Origin: Octopus sinensis
Lineage: Eukaryota
Length of the DNA stretch: 64,000 nucleotides
Assembly (NCBI RefSeq): GCF_006345805.1
Contig: NC_043011.1
Span: forward strand, 31,632,464-31,696,463
Direction: 5' to 3'
Shown: piece by piece, positions 40,823-53,580 of the stretch
Layout of the letters: each line of letters opens with the position of its first letter
How positions within the stretch are numbered: the stretch's first letter is position 1
Position numbers and translations under genes: made by a program
The notes under the pieces: model-generated
Seen by the model: the letters and a program-made list of their open reading frames with translations, nothing else
Told to the model about the DNA's origin: nothing
Databases searched by the model: none

Positions 40823-41614
40823 ATTTTCTACTAGTATGTATGCTCATTTCAAATAAAACATCTTTATACATACATTTGATCATTACAACATGCAGATGTG
40901 CTTCATGAGGACATAGCTTGTATTATAACCTCTTCTTTATATATAGAAGTGTCCTGAGGTTGTTCTGGGACTAAGTACTGAAGAATGACCCCAGGACACT
41001 GAACTCTTCAGGCGAGATGACAAATTGACTGAGATGCCTGGTGCCTTGCTCTACTCAAGAAGACCTGTATGCCATAGAAGAAGCGTTAAGACTGGTCCTT
41101 TTCATGGTGTAAAGTACTCATGGCAATTCTGCATAATATTGCCCATGCGGCGTGACGTAAAAGCACCCAGCACACTCTGTGAAGTGGTTGATGTTAGGAA
41201 GGGCATCCAGCCAGAGAAACCATACCAAATCAGACTGGAGCCTGATGCAGCTCCCCCAGCTTGCCAGCTCTGATCAAACCATCAAACCCATGCTGCTAGC
41301 CTGAAAGGTGGACGTTAAACGATGATGATATATATATATATATCAGTTTCAATCTACCAAATCCACTCATCCGGGTCTGTAGTAGAAAACATTGGCAAAC
41401 TATTATGAAATGATCTGGTTATAGGCCCTCATTAACAAAAACTATGAACAAAAATTATGAAATACATGTATTTCTTTTATATATTTTTTTTATTTGGTAA
41501 AAGCCTCAAATACAACTTAAAAATATCTTTATGGCAATGGCTATACACTAAAATTTCATATGAATATTTTCATAATGTAGGACACTTGTTTTATGATTAG
41601 ACACTATCTAATCT

Positions 41615-41995
41615 ATACTCTTCTTTTACTAGTTTCAGTCATTTAACTGTGGCTGTGCTGGAGTACCACCTCAAAGGGTTTTAGTCAAACAAATCGACCC
41701 TAGGACTTAATTTTTTAAAGCCTAGTACTTATTCTATTGGTCTCTAACAAACCGCTAAGTTATGGGGATGTAAGTTGTCATACAGTGATGGGGGTGACAA
41801 ACACAGATACAAAGACATGCATGCTCACACACACACATTCAATGGACCCCTTTCAGTTTCTGTCTACGAAATCCACTCACAAAACTTTGGTCGGCTTGAG
41901 GCTATAGTAGAAGACATTTACCTGAGGTGTCATGCAGTGGGACTGATGTTGGACCATGTGGTCGGTAAGCAAGCTTCTTACCATACAGCCATGCC
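41615..41995 (-). mobile_element. SINE family A, full length
   Basis: Reverse complement of 26228-26612. Confidence 0.85.
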
Positions 41996-42135
41996 AAGAT
42001 TTTTAAATATGTAATGAGACGGAAACCAAACCATCTAAACTTGGTTGGTCAACAGTTGTTTCATATTTTTGGAAGTAAAAGCATCTAGGCGACACATTTT
42101 ATTAATTGAAAAGACTTTACAAGAAACCAAAATTG

Positions 42136-42335
42136 AATATTGGGTCATCCCATAAATGTGTTTTTTTTATACTTTTTATTTTTCAAAATTAAGATAAGGT
42201 TCTTTTTTAATCTAAAATATAACTCTCCTTCATTTTCTACAATGTTCCAGCTATCTGGTAGACTTGCAAGGTCCCTCTTTCAAAATTCACTTGTCTGTGA
42301 TGAAAAATACTCTTCCAGTACTTTCTGTCCTCATC
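42136..42335 (-). mobile_element. Mariner 3' end remnant
   Basis: TIR-like tattgggtcatcccataa. Minus strand reads EEYFSSQTSEF*KRDLASLPDSWNIVENEG, like the mariner C-terminus. Confidence 0.6.
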
Positions 42336-43185
42336 TACAGGCCTCACTCAGACTTTACTGCTGACCTTCTACTAACATCTGTTTCTAGCCTGGTTATCTT
42401 GTGCTCTCTTCTCTCTCCTACCTTCTTGCTCAAATCCTTTCCATTAGTGCTTTATTCAGCACTAGCAGAAAGCATTTCATTTTCCTTCCAAAGCAAGGCC
42501 CTTCTGAAAATCAGAATTGACATAACATGTACAAACTTACTCTGTTCATATTTGCACATTCAGACCTCTGTTATTTCCTCGGATTCTGATGTTTGTTTGT
42601 TCAATCGTTCATTCAAGTGAGTCAATACTTGTAAATAAAGTTAACAAACACACTTATCTTGACTATATATTTCTGCACATTCATTTAATGCAATTTTCTT
42701 TTATTTTCCTGCTACAGTCTTTGACAATTATTGGAGAGTATATCATAAAACAAGTTTCCTTTTAGAACCAAAATTTATATAATAACAGCATGGAAGACAC
42801 ATTAGCCATTAAAAAAAAAAACCATTTTGACACCAAAATAATGTTGAGGTGAAATTAACAGTTTTTGTATGTTTTTGAATGGCTAATATATATTTCATGC
42901 TGTAATTGTTTTAGTTTTAACAGTCTCAGATCAGATCACTTGCCAGGCAAGAAATTTATATTATAAACTGTCAGACTTAGCATATAGTAACAATCACCTT
43001 ATGCTAGTGGATAAATTCCTGGTGTGACATATAACACCATTTAACTCCACAATGACTAATCTGTCATAAGATTCAATACAGTTTTTTTTATAGTTTCACT
43101 TTAACTCTGTTAATTAAAAACTTGATCCTTTTATAGTGAAAGTTATTATTTTTTTTTACATTATGCTGAATTTTAGAATATTTTT

Positions 43186-43365
43186 TTAACTCTTTAATAT
43201 TCAGACTTCTCCATCAAATGTAAAGCTTATTTATTTACGCTGTTTTGAATTAACTATTATCATGTAGCTTCAGGATTTTGATGATGTGATTGTTTAGTTT
43301 TAGAATAACTCTATATGGTACATATGAGAAGACAGGTATGCTTGGCTTAAATGCTAAACAGTTAG
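43186..43365 (-). mobile_element. piggyBac-like MITE copy, inverted
   Basis: Reverse complement of the same family (ttaactctttaatattcag ... aaatgctaaacagtta). Confidence 0.6.
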
Positions 43366-43911
43366 GAACTCAATACAAAAACAAAATTATTTTTAAGCAA
43401 GTATCCAGAAACCCCACCCAAAATATTTCCAATCTTTTAGTTATTGACTTTTATCATTTTGTTTTCTTTGCAACGAATGTGTGCATGAAGCTAACATTAT
43501 TAAAACAAAATATAGTTTTTCAGATGATATCGTAGTAATTAGTCTTGTAATTATAGCCATCATGATACTTTGGGAAATCTTTTGAGTAATTTTGACTAGT
43601 ATACTAAATAAAAGGAATAACACTTAAAACATATTTTATTCTTAATTTTATGACTATTCACTTTATCTATCTCATGGGTGCTAACCTATGGCCTCCAGAA
43701 ACTCTTTAAATCATTTGTTTCTGACCAATGTTAAGATGTAGTTAAGAACCAGTAATTGAAAGCTCACACCTGCTGCTGAATTTAGTCATGTTGAAAACAT
43801 TGTTTTTATAACTAAGTAGTAGTTCATGTTCTTTCTAGAACTTATTGGAGAAATTATTTAGCCACTAAATGTAATATTGAACATCTGAGCCTTTTGACAT
43901 CTATAAGCACC

Positions 43912-43944
<33 letters not shown>

Positions 43945-44088
43945 TATATATGCATGTGTATATGTATGTATAGATTGTTTATACATATATATATATAGAT
44001 GATCTACCTATCAATATATATGGTTAAACCTAGTTGGCATCAAGATTGTTTTTAACAATCCCTTATGTGGATATTACTTCCTCAAATT

Positions 44089-44222
44089 CTGTGTGTGTGT
44101 GTGGTGTGTGTATATATGTATATATATGTGTGTGTGTGTATGTATATAAATATATATATATATATGTATTTATATAAATGTGTATGTATGTATATATGTA
44201 TATGTGTGTGTGTATATATATG

Positions 44223-44253
<31 letters not shown>

Positions 44254-44270
44254 GGTGTGTATATATATAG
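44089..44270. repeat. Degenerate (GT)/(AT) microsatellite
   Basis: Direct observation. Confidence 0.9.
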
Positions 44271-44360
44271 GAAAGGAAAAAATATTAAGGCTGAATGCTA
44301 AACTGAAAGTTTAGCATTCTGCCAATATATCTTTTCCTTTCCAATCATTTCTCCAAAACA

Positions 44361-44551
44361 TAGAGGGGACAAACAAGAGATTAAGTCGATTACATCGACC
44401 CCGCTGTGTGACTGGTATTTATTTAATTGACTCCGAAAGGGGGAAAAGCAAAGTCAACCTCGGTGGAATTTGAACTCAGAACGTAACGGCAGACAAAATA
44501 GCACTAAGCATTTCGCCCGGTGTGATAACGCTTCTGCCATCTCGCTGCCTT
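44361..44551 (-). mobile_element. SINE family D, CpG-retaining copy
   Basis: tacatcgacccc...gtcaacctcggtggaatttgaactcagaacgtaa. Other fragments near 38698, 61620 and 63040. Confidence 0.8.
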
Positions 44552-44586
<35 letters not shown>

Positions 44587-44888
44587 CTGTGTATATATAT
44601 ATATGTATATATGGAAAACACAATTAGCACTTCAGAAACTGTTGACTGCACTTCTGCATTTGTTATTTGGTGTCAAAATTTTTTGTTGCCCCAACCATGA
44701 CCTGGTTACTGACATGGTTCCCTTGCAATTTTCAGAGTTAACCAGTAACCTCTATTCTAAGTAACACTTACTCACCCAGTAATGTATGTTATCTGTTTCT
44801 TGAAATTTGGAACTTATCTCAGAATGTGATGAGAGCTGTTTCATTAAGTTCTTATTTTAAAATGTTTTATTTTTATCTCTTGATCCAG

Positions 44889-45003
44889 GGCTTGTTGGGT
44901 AATAGTATGCCCATGTCTCCAGATTCATTGTCTCCAGTAGCCAAACCAGGTTCTCCATACTATGGTTTTAACAGTAAAAGAACATTAGAAGAACCTTTAC
45001 GTG
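44889..45003 (+). CDS. TCF12: E-protein coding exon E, GLLGNSMPMSPDSLSPVAKPGSPYYGFNSKRTLEEPLR(G)
   Basis: atccag acceptor, g|gtaagt donor, 115 nt, phase 0 to 1. Strong match to TCF4 [25 protein letters not shown]. Confidence 0.92.
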
Positions 45004-46220
45004 GTAAGTCTTTAACTGTTATATTTGATTATGAATGTTTAAAGTCCTCAGATGGGGTTTTCATTACTCTTGGATTCTTACATCCAATGTAGATTGAACC
45101 TGCTTCTGAGGAAGAGGATTTCACATCATTTATAAAAGAAATACATGTAATTAGAAATTTGGGACAACATAGTCTCTTTATCTGACAATCTGTTTGTATT
45201 ATAAAGAGACCAAAGTAATTTCTTAACTTTGGCTGTATGTTCTGGTGTAAGATTCATCTCATCGTGGTTTTGCCTTTCTGAGAGAGGTGGTTTGAATCAT
45301 CAGCATTCCACAAACCAGGTTTCATTATCATAGCAGCACAGAACACGTGTAAACACTGATGATCTAAAAGTGCAAATGTCCAAATTGCAATTGGTCAGAA
45401 CAGTAAGAAGTTCTTCAGAACTGTTGTTCAGGAAGTCCAAGCAGCATTATAATAACTGACCATCCACTCTAGTTACTCAGGTATCAAAAGACATCAACAT
45501 TCTTGACCATTTCACAGTCCATTGCTTCATCTGAACTGGTTCTACATCACATCAGAATGTTGTTTGTGCATCTCTCTCAGGTGTTTTTTTTTTTAGAATT
45601 GGTAGAAACACTGTGTTAATTGCAATTAGAAACATATCGATGTTGATGATGGGCTGACACATAGCTGAGGAAAGTAGAGATATGTCAATTCAATCTTGGT
45701 GTTATGAAAACTGCTGTGACTGCAGTGTTTTTATAAATCACTGCCAATTGGTAAAATGGCATGGGTTATTTATTCTTCCTGTTTTAGGTAAATCCATTTT
45801 CATAGTATAATGCATTTGAATTGAATAAGGAGTCACTACATTGACTGATGTAATAGTGTCTTGAGGTTTTACATGATGTATATAATTACTACCAATTTTA
45901 AATGTTGAGTAATTTTGAGAATTAGCCTATAACATGTATTCTTAACAACACATTTGCTCGCCTAATAATATACATTATCTGCTTTGTCAATAATATCTGT
46001 TTTGAACATGACCTGACTGTCTTATTTGAGCATTAGATTTATCCTCTACCCACCTCTTTTGTAGCTGAGGAAAATGATCAGTAATAGAATAAAGATCTAC
46101 TGGATCATTTCTTGATTGTGGTTCAGTATTTTTATAGATAGATATAATATCAACTACCAGTTATATAGTATTCTGTGAAAACAAACAAACAAACCCAATA
46201 ATACAGATATAAAATCAAAA

Positions 46221-46413
46221 TCATCATCATTTAACATTGATTTTCCTTGCTGGGCATATGTTGGACAGTTTGACAGGATTCAGCAAGCCCCAGGGCTGCA
46301 TTAAGCTGACATTGGAGCTCAATGTGGCCCTGTGGCTTGCTGAATCTTGTCAAACTGTCTGACCCATGCCAGCATGGAAAACGGACATTGAATGATGACA
46401 TGATGATGATGAT
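46221..46413. repeat. Fold-back of two family E tails in inverted orientation
   Basis: gacagtttgacaggattcagcaagcc pairs with ggcttgctgaatcttgtcaaactgtc. Arms about 85 bp, loop about 8 nt. Confidence 0.88.
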
Positions 46414-46608
46414 AATAATTTTGATACGATATGTCAATTCAGTTCCACTTCACTGACATTGCTTATTATTTTGTTGGTTCCAAATTAAATTTGGAACTCT
46501 GCTAATTACAAAGACTTCTCCTAGAGTCCAAACTTCAATTGTAAAATATATGATGGATCATGTTCTTTTTTTCTTTTTAGTCTTATTATCCCATTATAAT
46601 TTTTTCAG

Positions 46609-46673
46609 GTGCAAGAGCAGGAAAATACACACCTCCCAATCCTAATTCACAAAAACGAAGGAAAAGTGGTTCA
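46609..46673 (+). CDS. TCF12: E-protein coding exon F carrying a basic NLS-like motif, (G)ARAGKYTPPNPNSQKRRKSGS
   Basis: tttttcag acceptor, tca|gtaagt donor, 65 nt, phase 1 to 0. KRRK lies at the position of the TCF4 KKVRK NLS. Confidence 0.82.
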
Positions 46674-47165
46674 GTAAGTATATAATTACTGTTTGTCTTA
46701 ATTACCAATATATCACTTTCATATTTTCGGAGCTCTGAATGTTGACATTCACAATTAGTTTTAAACATTATCTGGTAGGATTTAAATGATAAGTTATAAA
46801 GCCTTTTTAAAGATTTTTGCTTAAGAAAGAAGTGAGTTGGAAAACGAGTATCTAAAAGATGCATTGGAAAACATACAAAAAAAAAAAAAGCATATTGTTG
46901 TGAAAATATTTTGTTGAAATATGTACAAAAATGTCATAAGCTGGTGGCCTGCGATCCAACCGAAGTAGATGGTGTTTACAAAGTAATATAGTTACTTTTG
47001 CTATTGACTTGGTGCAACTAACAGGATTTCGGTTATATGTCTTGATATAGGACAATCTTCTGACTAGCTTTGGAGATGGTGATTCACAAAAGACTAATAT
47101 GGCTTTGCTGTTGTGAGGAGAATGAGGGATTACAGAAAAAAAAATTCTTAGCTCAGTGTTTAGAG

Positions 47166-49635
47166 CAGTGGTTCCCAAACATTTTTTTTATTCGTGGCAC
47201 ACCTTACAAGAAGTTGAAATATCTTGACACTTTTTCTACATAAATTCTAAAAGTTATTCAAAAGGGGTTTTATACATCATACTAGCATAGCATAAACTAT
47301 AAAGTAATAATATAGATAATTAAAAATTGCATGTACTTACTCCTTATTCAATGTATGAAGTAAAATTATCAACGAGAAACACATGCTTGATGTTTTTTGG
47401 AAAGGTTTTCAATATTGGGAGATTTTTGAGAAAGACAAACCCTCATTTCTTCTTTGATGCAATGGAGCCTCTCTTTTTGGGGATTTGATGTTATTGAGGG
47501 TTGACAATTCCAACTCACATAAATACAATGTGGAAAACTGCATCAAAACGAGTAAAGCTATTTTTGCTACTGCGGGGCATTCTTATATCATAGCAATCCA
47601 AAATGTATCCATAGGTAACTCAGTATACTTGATTTTAAGTCAGCGATCTCTAGATAAAGATGCCAATTCCTCTTCTTCACAAATTTTTAGACCAATATTA
47701 GATGGAATTTTTATGAAGGGATTTTGAACTTCTGTGTTCATTGATGGAAAATAAAAGTTTATTTTTTCTTCCAGATTTGTCAAATGTTCAAATACAATAG
47801 GAGTCATTTCTTTCATGCAAATTTATGTGTTAAGGGAAATGTTTCGAATTTACCACCTTCAGTTCTATTTTTTTAAATTACAACTTTCTTTTTAAATGGA
47901 ACCAGCTTATCTGTTGTAGTGACAATGTTTTCATTTCTACCTTGCATACTTGTGTTGATGCTATTAAGTTGTGCAAATATCTGTTAAATATTCCAGCTTG
48001 GAAACCCAAAATTCACATTGTAGATATTCCAAGAAGCATTCATGTTTTCTTCTTTAAAAAATGCATGCAATTCTTTCTGAAGTTCATGTATGCGATGTAG
48101 CACCTTACCTTTTGAGAGCCATCTGACTTTTGTGTTTAAAAGTAAGCACTTGTGTTAGAATCCATATCAACACAAATTTGTTCAAGTAAGCAACACTTCA
48201 ATGGCCTACTTCTAAATATTAACCATTTCAACAACTTGGTTTAATACTTGCTTGAGCTCAACTGGTATTGTTTTTGAAACTAGTACCTCCCTATGTAGGA
48301 AGTAATGAGTGCATATAACATTAGGATTTTGCTGTTGTATGAGCGATACAAAACCTTTAATAGAGCCTATCATAGATGGTGCCCCATTGGTACATATTCC
48401 AACATATGAATTCCAGGTAGGCAGATGAAATGTTAAAAGTATCTTGACCTCTTGTAGTGAGTGGCATTTCTTCACAACAAAGGAACTGACTTATGATTCG
48501 GTTACCTTCAATAAAGAGAATAAATATAAGTAATTGTGCTTTGTTGTTAATGTCCTTTGATTTGTCAACCTGTAGAGCAAATTCTGAGTTCTGAAGTTTG
48601 TTCTGTACATTTTCCTCTATATCAGCAGATAAATCCATAATTTTCCTATGGATTGTATTATTTAAGAGTGGAATCTTGCTTATTTCTTGCTTGGCTTCAT
48701 CACCTAACATGGTTTTATCCATCTTTCAAGCGGGTAAGATAATCGAGTGTGTTGTTGTAAAATGTCTTTTCAACTTTCTGGACAATATGCCTTCTTTAGA
48801 CATCTTTTCACCACAAACAGCACACAATGGAAGCACACAATCCTCGTTGCCAGTCCAATGAAACCCAAACTTTAAATAGCTATTACAATATTTACGATTG
48901 GCTTGAGCTTTCACATTATTATCACTACACTTAGTTGCTTTTGATGAATGTTCACTTTCAAATTCATAATCATCACGGTTATGTTTCCTCTTCATAAACT
49001 GTTCCGTTTTATGGGTAATTTAGTCTGTTAATATGAATTGTATCACACAAAGAGCACAGATACAGTAAAACAGATTAAGACAAGTGACCAGTGAGCTGTG
49101 AAAAATGGCAGTGTGTCACATGTTATTGGACTCTTTTGAGAAGTCTTTCAAAATGAATTGAAAAGAAGAAAATTCTTGCCACTATATGAATGAAAATATT
49201 GAAATACAGCCGCAATACATGAGGACATATTATTAAAAGATTTAGTTCAATAATTTATTTTTCACATGTATTATTGAAATGAAAATTGCTGAGGCTATGA
49301 CCAAAATAAACTAAAACATAGTCGTGAAGTGAATATGTCCATAAGATGTCAATTTCTAGGATAGCTTGATGCTAATTTAGTTCTTATCCTAATGAAATTT
49401 CAGATTCAAAATTGAATAACACTGTCATGCCATAATTAGCCTAAATGAATTGAATGACATAACCTCCTCTCATTCTTTGTTTAAAACTTAGTATTTAGTT
49501 TTTTGCCACTTTGACATTTATATATGAACTTTCAAATGAATTTCGGTTTGTATTTTTCATATTTTGAAATATAATCTTACTCTTCTTCGAGGCGCATCTA
49601 ATTACATCTTGCGGCACACGGTTTGGAAACCACTG
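47166..49635 (-). mobile_element. Buster/Charlie-type hAT DNA transposon, decayed, both ends present
   Basis: TIRs CAGTGGTTCCCAAAC and GTTTGGAAACCACTG. Imperfect 8-bp TSD gtttagag/ggtcagag. Transposase remnants lie inside. Confidence 0.92.
47370..49006 (-). pseudogene. hAT transposase pseudogene (ZBED5/SCAND3/FAM200-like)
   Basis: Frameshifted fragments: RKY...LKFGF...PLCAVCGE...KLKRHFTTTH (BED-type zinc finger), FALQVDKSKDI, ICTNGAPSMIG...CTHYFLHREVL. Multiple stops and an internal deletion. Confidence 0.9.
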
Positions 49636-49966
49636 GGTCAGAGCGTCAGGTTTGCAATCATGAGGTAGTAAGTTCGATTCCTGGACCAGGCTGTGTGTTG
49701 TGTTCTTGATCAAGAAGACACTTTATTTCACGTTGCTCCAGTTCACTCAGCTGTAGAAATGAATTGTGATGTCACTGGTGCTAAGTTGTATCAGCCTTAG
49801 CCTTTCCCTTGTATAACGTAGATGGTATGGAGAGAGGAGGCTGGTATGCATGGGTGACTGCTGGTCTTCCATAAACAACCTTGCCCAGACTTGTGCCTTG
49901 GAGGGTAACTGTGTAGATGCATCCCAGTCATTCATGACCAAAGGGAATCTGTACCCTTACCCTTTA
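49636..49966 (+). mobile_element. SINE family B, head interrupted by the hAT element
   Basis: Continues gctcagtg from 47151-47165. Homologous to 50880-51215. Confidence 0.85.
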
Positions 49967-50843
49967 CTCTGTTCAATCAGAATTCTGTATTGAGAATGTT
50001 ATAGTTATATTTCATTACTTTTGATGCATGATTTTTCACATATTTCATATAATTATATAATTTTTGAAAATATCTTTTACAATGTATTAAATCAGATAAT
50101 TATATTTAGAATGATCTGATGTTTCAGTAATTCCAAAATCAAGACTCACACTTATTAAAAAGCTGATAAGGCATCATTATCCTTGTTTCTTTCTTTCTTT
50201 TCTTTATTTTCAAAGTCTGAGTAATAGTTTAAGTATCAATGCATTGAAGGTTGTTTCTTTGAATTGTGAAAAATAACGGAACCTTTTTTCTGACATTTAA
50301 AATACTTGTAGAGTCCAGTTAAATCTTTTTAAAATATAGTTTCATATGCAACACTTGCTGATATTTTATAGTCTGAAAATGTTAAACAATTAAATAGCTT
50401 TGATGTGTTTTGCTGAAATCAGTGACACTAGCTTCTGCATCCATATTTACAGCTGTTTACGTATTTACTTCTGCGCCTATATTTGCAATTACTTCACATG
50501 CATTACACTGTTATATAGGGGATGTCTTTTTATCACTTTTCTATTGATTATCACTGATATCTTTATTACATTCAGTATTAAATTCTTGTGGAGCTGGTAG
50601 TGACAGACTTACTCCAGAACTGAAATGTGTTAGCAACTGTTGCCATATGTTTTTGTGCTCACTTTGCGACCAATCAACAGAATCCTTCAGCAGGCTGTCA
50701 AACCAACATCAATTTCTGTTTCTCCTGATGCCTTAAACATGAATTTAAGTTATGTCTCATCAATATTACAAGTTTTTTTTTTGTTTCTTATATTGCAATA
50801 GCATTTATATTCTCCTTAAATGACATTCAACTATCATACATAC

Positions 50844-50879
<36 letters not shown>

Positions 50880-50880
<1 letters not shown>

Positions 50881-51215
50881 AAGGGGCATGGCTCAGTGGT
50901 TAGAGAGTTAGGCTCACAATCATGAAGTAGCGAGTCCAATTTTCAGACCGGGCAGTGTGTTGTGTTCTCAAGCATGATGCTTTATTTCATTTGCTCCTGT
51001 TCACTCAGCTGTAGAAATGAATTGTGATGTCACTGGTGCCAAGTTGTATCAGCTATTGCCTTTCCCTTGCATAACATAAGTGGTGTGGAGAAGAGAAGGC
51101 TGGTATGCATGGGTGACTGCTGATCTTCCATAAACAACCTTGCCCGGACTTGTGCTTTGGAGGGTAACTTTCTAGGTGCAATCCCATGGCCATTCATGAC
51201 CGAAGGGGGACTTCT
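50880..51215 (+). mobile_element. SINE family B, intact
   Basis: A-box-like tggctcagtggttagag, central gttcactcagctgtagaaatga. Confidence 0.85.
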
Positions 51216-52222
51216 TCTGTAATATATCTTTATTTACTAACTTACCTTTAAAATTCACATCGACCAGATCTTTTAGTTTCATCCAACCTGGTTGTGAAAA
51301 CAGCCTCCTTTCTGCAGTATGATAGAATAGGGAGTAATATTGAACTTTGAAAAAAATATGAATAACTATTTGGTATCATTTTACAGTTTTAAGTATTCCA
51401 GATGTAGAAAAATGGATGCAAAATAAATTTTAACTTGTTCTATAAATTTTTGCATTGTGATGTTGTAGGATGATTGCTTGAAGAACTGGTACCTTTTGAA
51501 GTTTGCCTGTCACAAGTAGCTGTTAATTCTTTAGTTTAGCTGTCAAGCCACTATTCTCTAGTTTGTTCACTTTATGGAAAGATATACAAATACAACACAA
51601 CCTGTTTATGTCATATTAAAATCCTAAAGTTTTAATTAAATCAACTTTACAATTTTTTCTTTCTTTTCTTAATAATCTAATTTGTTTTACTTTTAACACA
51701 CATGGAACATTTGTTAAAGTAACTATTTCAACATCTACCGGAGCTGCGTAACTCTACAAGTACTGTGGCTATGACTGTTTAGTATAACATGACTAATTAC
51801 ATGAATATAGTGCCTTTGTTATGTAGGTTTTACATGTAACAATTTGTATATATCTCTCCATATTGATTGTGAAGAGAAATTGGTGACTACCTCAATTAGT
51901 ATTAGATTAAAATTACTGTTACTATTCACTATCTTTGATGTGAGCTTTGAGCAAAAATTGAATAATATGTGAAATATATTTTAAAAGCTGTGCAAATAAA
52001 AAGAAATAAAAGAAAGAGTAGCTTTTTTTTTTTTTTTGTAGATCAAAATATATGAAATTTAGTTAATGCATTAAATTAATATTGATTTTTGCTTGATAAA
52101 CAGAAAGAATATTTCTAAATTTAGAATAATGATTGAAGCTATCCATTAAAACTTTTTTTTTTGCAGGGTAATCAAATTTAACAAGTCTTAGTTTATATAT
52201 AGCTATATCTATATATATATAT

Positions 52223-52398
52223 AGGGAGAATTCACAAAAAAACAAAAGACGAAGACAGGTGGTGTAGACAACAAACAGATGTATTAGTATAATGCTCGGG
52301 AAGTGAAAAAGTCTTTAATGTTTCTAGCCTACACTGTATTACACAAAGAAACAAGGAGAGAAAATAAAGAATGTGTAGTGGCTAGTGATCTGTCATGA
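52223..52398 (-). mobile_element. Penelope-like terminal fragment flanked by (TA)n
   Basis: Resembles Penelope 3' ends with a very decayed hammerhead region (gtttctagcctacac). Recognised by pattern only. Confidence 0.45.
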
Positions 52399-52603
52399 TA
52401 TATATATATATTCTTCTCTCAAAAGCCTACATCATTTATTCATAATTTTAATAGTGTGAGAGCTTCTTTTAAAAAGCTTACAGAACATATACAATCTAAG
52501 TGATGTTTGATAATTTTATTGCCCACATGGTCAGATCATCGGTATGAATTGTATCAAGTTGTTATCAAAAGCATCCCTAAGGACAAACTATCTGACCAAA
52601 CTA

Positions 52604-52920
52604 TGTGGCTGCATAGTGAAGAAGTTCCACATGGTTTTAGATTTGATTTCATTTTATGGCACCTTCAGCAAGTATCTTCGACTATAGCTTTGGGCTGACC
52701 AATGCCTTGTGAATGGAATTTGTAGACAGAAACTGTGGAGTCACATCATGTGTGTGTGTGCATTTATGTGTTTGTGTCCTGTAGCTTAGTTGTTCAGCCG
52801 AAAAAAAAAGTTAAAAGAAATACCAGACTTTAAAAAAACATGTACCTGGTACAATTTAATTGACTAAAACTCTTTAATGCAGTACCCCAGCATAATTGCA
52901 GTCAAATGATTGAAACAACA
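52604..52920 (+). mobile_element. SINE family A, diverged
   Basis: Head, core and tail homology. Confidence 0.7.
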
Positions 52921-52999
52921 GCCGCTGTATTAAACTGTGTTGATTTGTATTGACTGTTATATAATGGATATTCTTCTTCAAAAAGTATCTTTAGATGGA

Positions 53000-53580
53000 G
53001 CTATCCATCCATCTTCTTCCCCCACTATTCCTGGATGTGTCGTTTGAGTAGAGCCCTTGGCCACCTCCTTCATAGGGTCCTTTCAGAAGCAACCATCGTT
53101 AGACTTTCCAGTTGGATTTTCAAGTATGACCAACTGAATATTATCCAGCTGTTTCATTCTCAGTCTGTCTTTAGGTCTCCTGCCGGTTGGTTTGCTCGAA
53201 GAATCTGTCTTGCAATCCTTTCCTGTAACATTCTAATCACGTGTTTGTAATACTGGAGCTGTGACCTCTCAATGTGAAGAAGTAGCAGCTCAAACTAGAG
53301 GGACTTTTCAATCTCTGAATTACACAATCCTGTCAAGTAGTGTTACCCTAGAAATCATTCGATAGAACCCTGTTTCAGCTGCTTGTATTTGTGATGATGC
53401 ATTTTGTTCATTGCCCAACATTTTATGATCATATATGAGGATAGGCGCAAAAACCAAATTGGAGATCCATTATATTTACCTATTGAATATAAGTAAGATG
53501 TGAGTGGTTTGTTGCCAGAGGCCAGTTCTCCGTAATGCAAAGCTTTTAAGATCCCTACTGTCATGGTCAGAGAAGATGGC
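53000..53580 (-). mobile_element. RTE-clade LINE 3' fragments
   Basis: Minus strand LLLHIERSQLQYYKHVIRM..ERIARQIL and ILKALHYGELASG match RTE C-terminal motifs. Confidence 0.7.

Noticed and set aside
46571-46608. Upstream acceptor ttctttttag 28 nt before exon F
   Set aside because: It shifts the frame and loses KRRK, so it is not used in the model. Minor use leading to decay is possible.
50885-50950. tRNA-like sequence
   Set aside because: It is a SINE head that continues into SINE body sequence and does not form a full cloverleaf.
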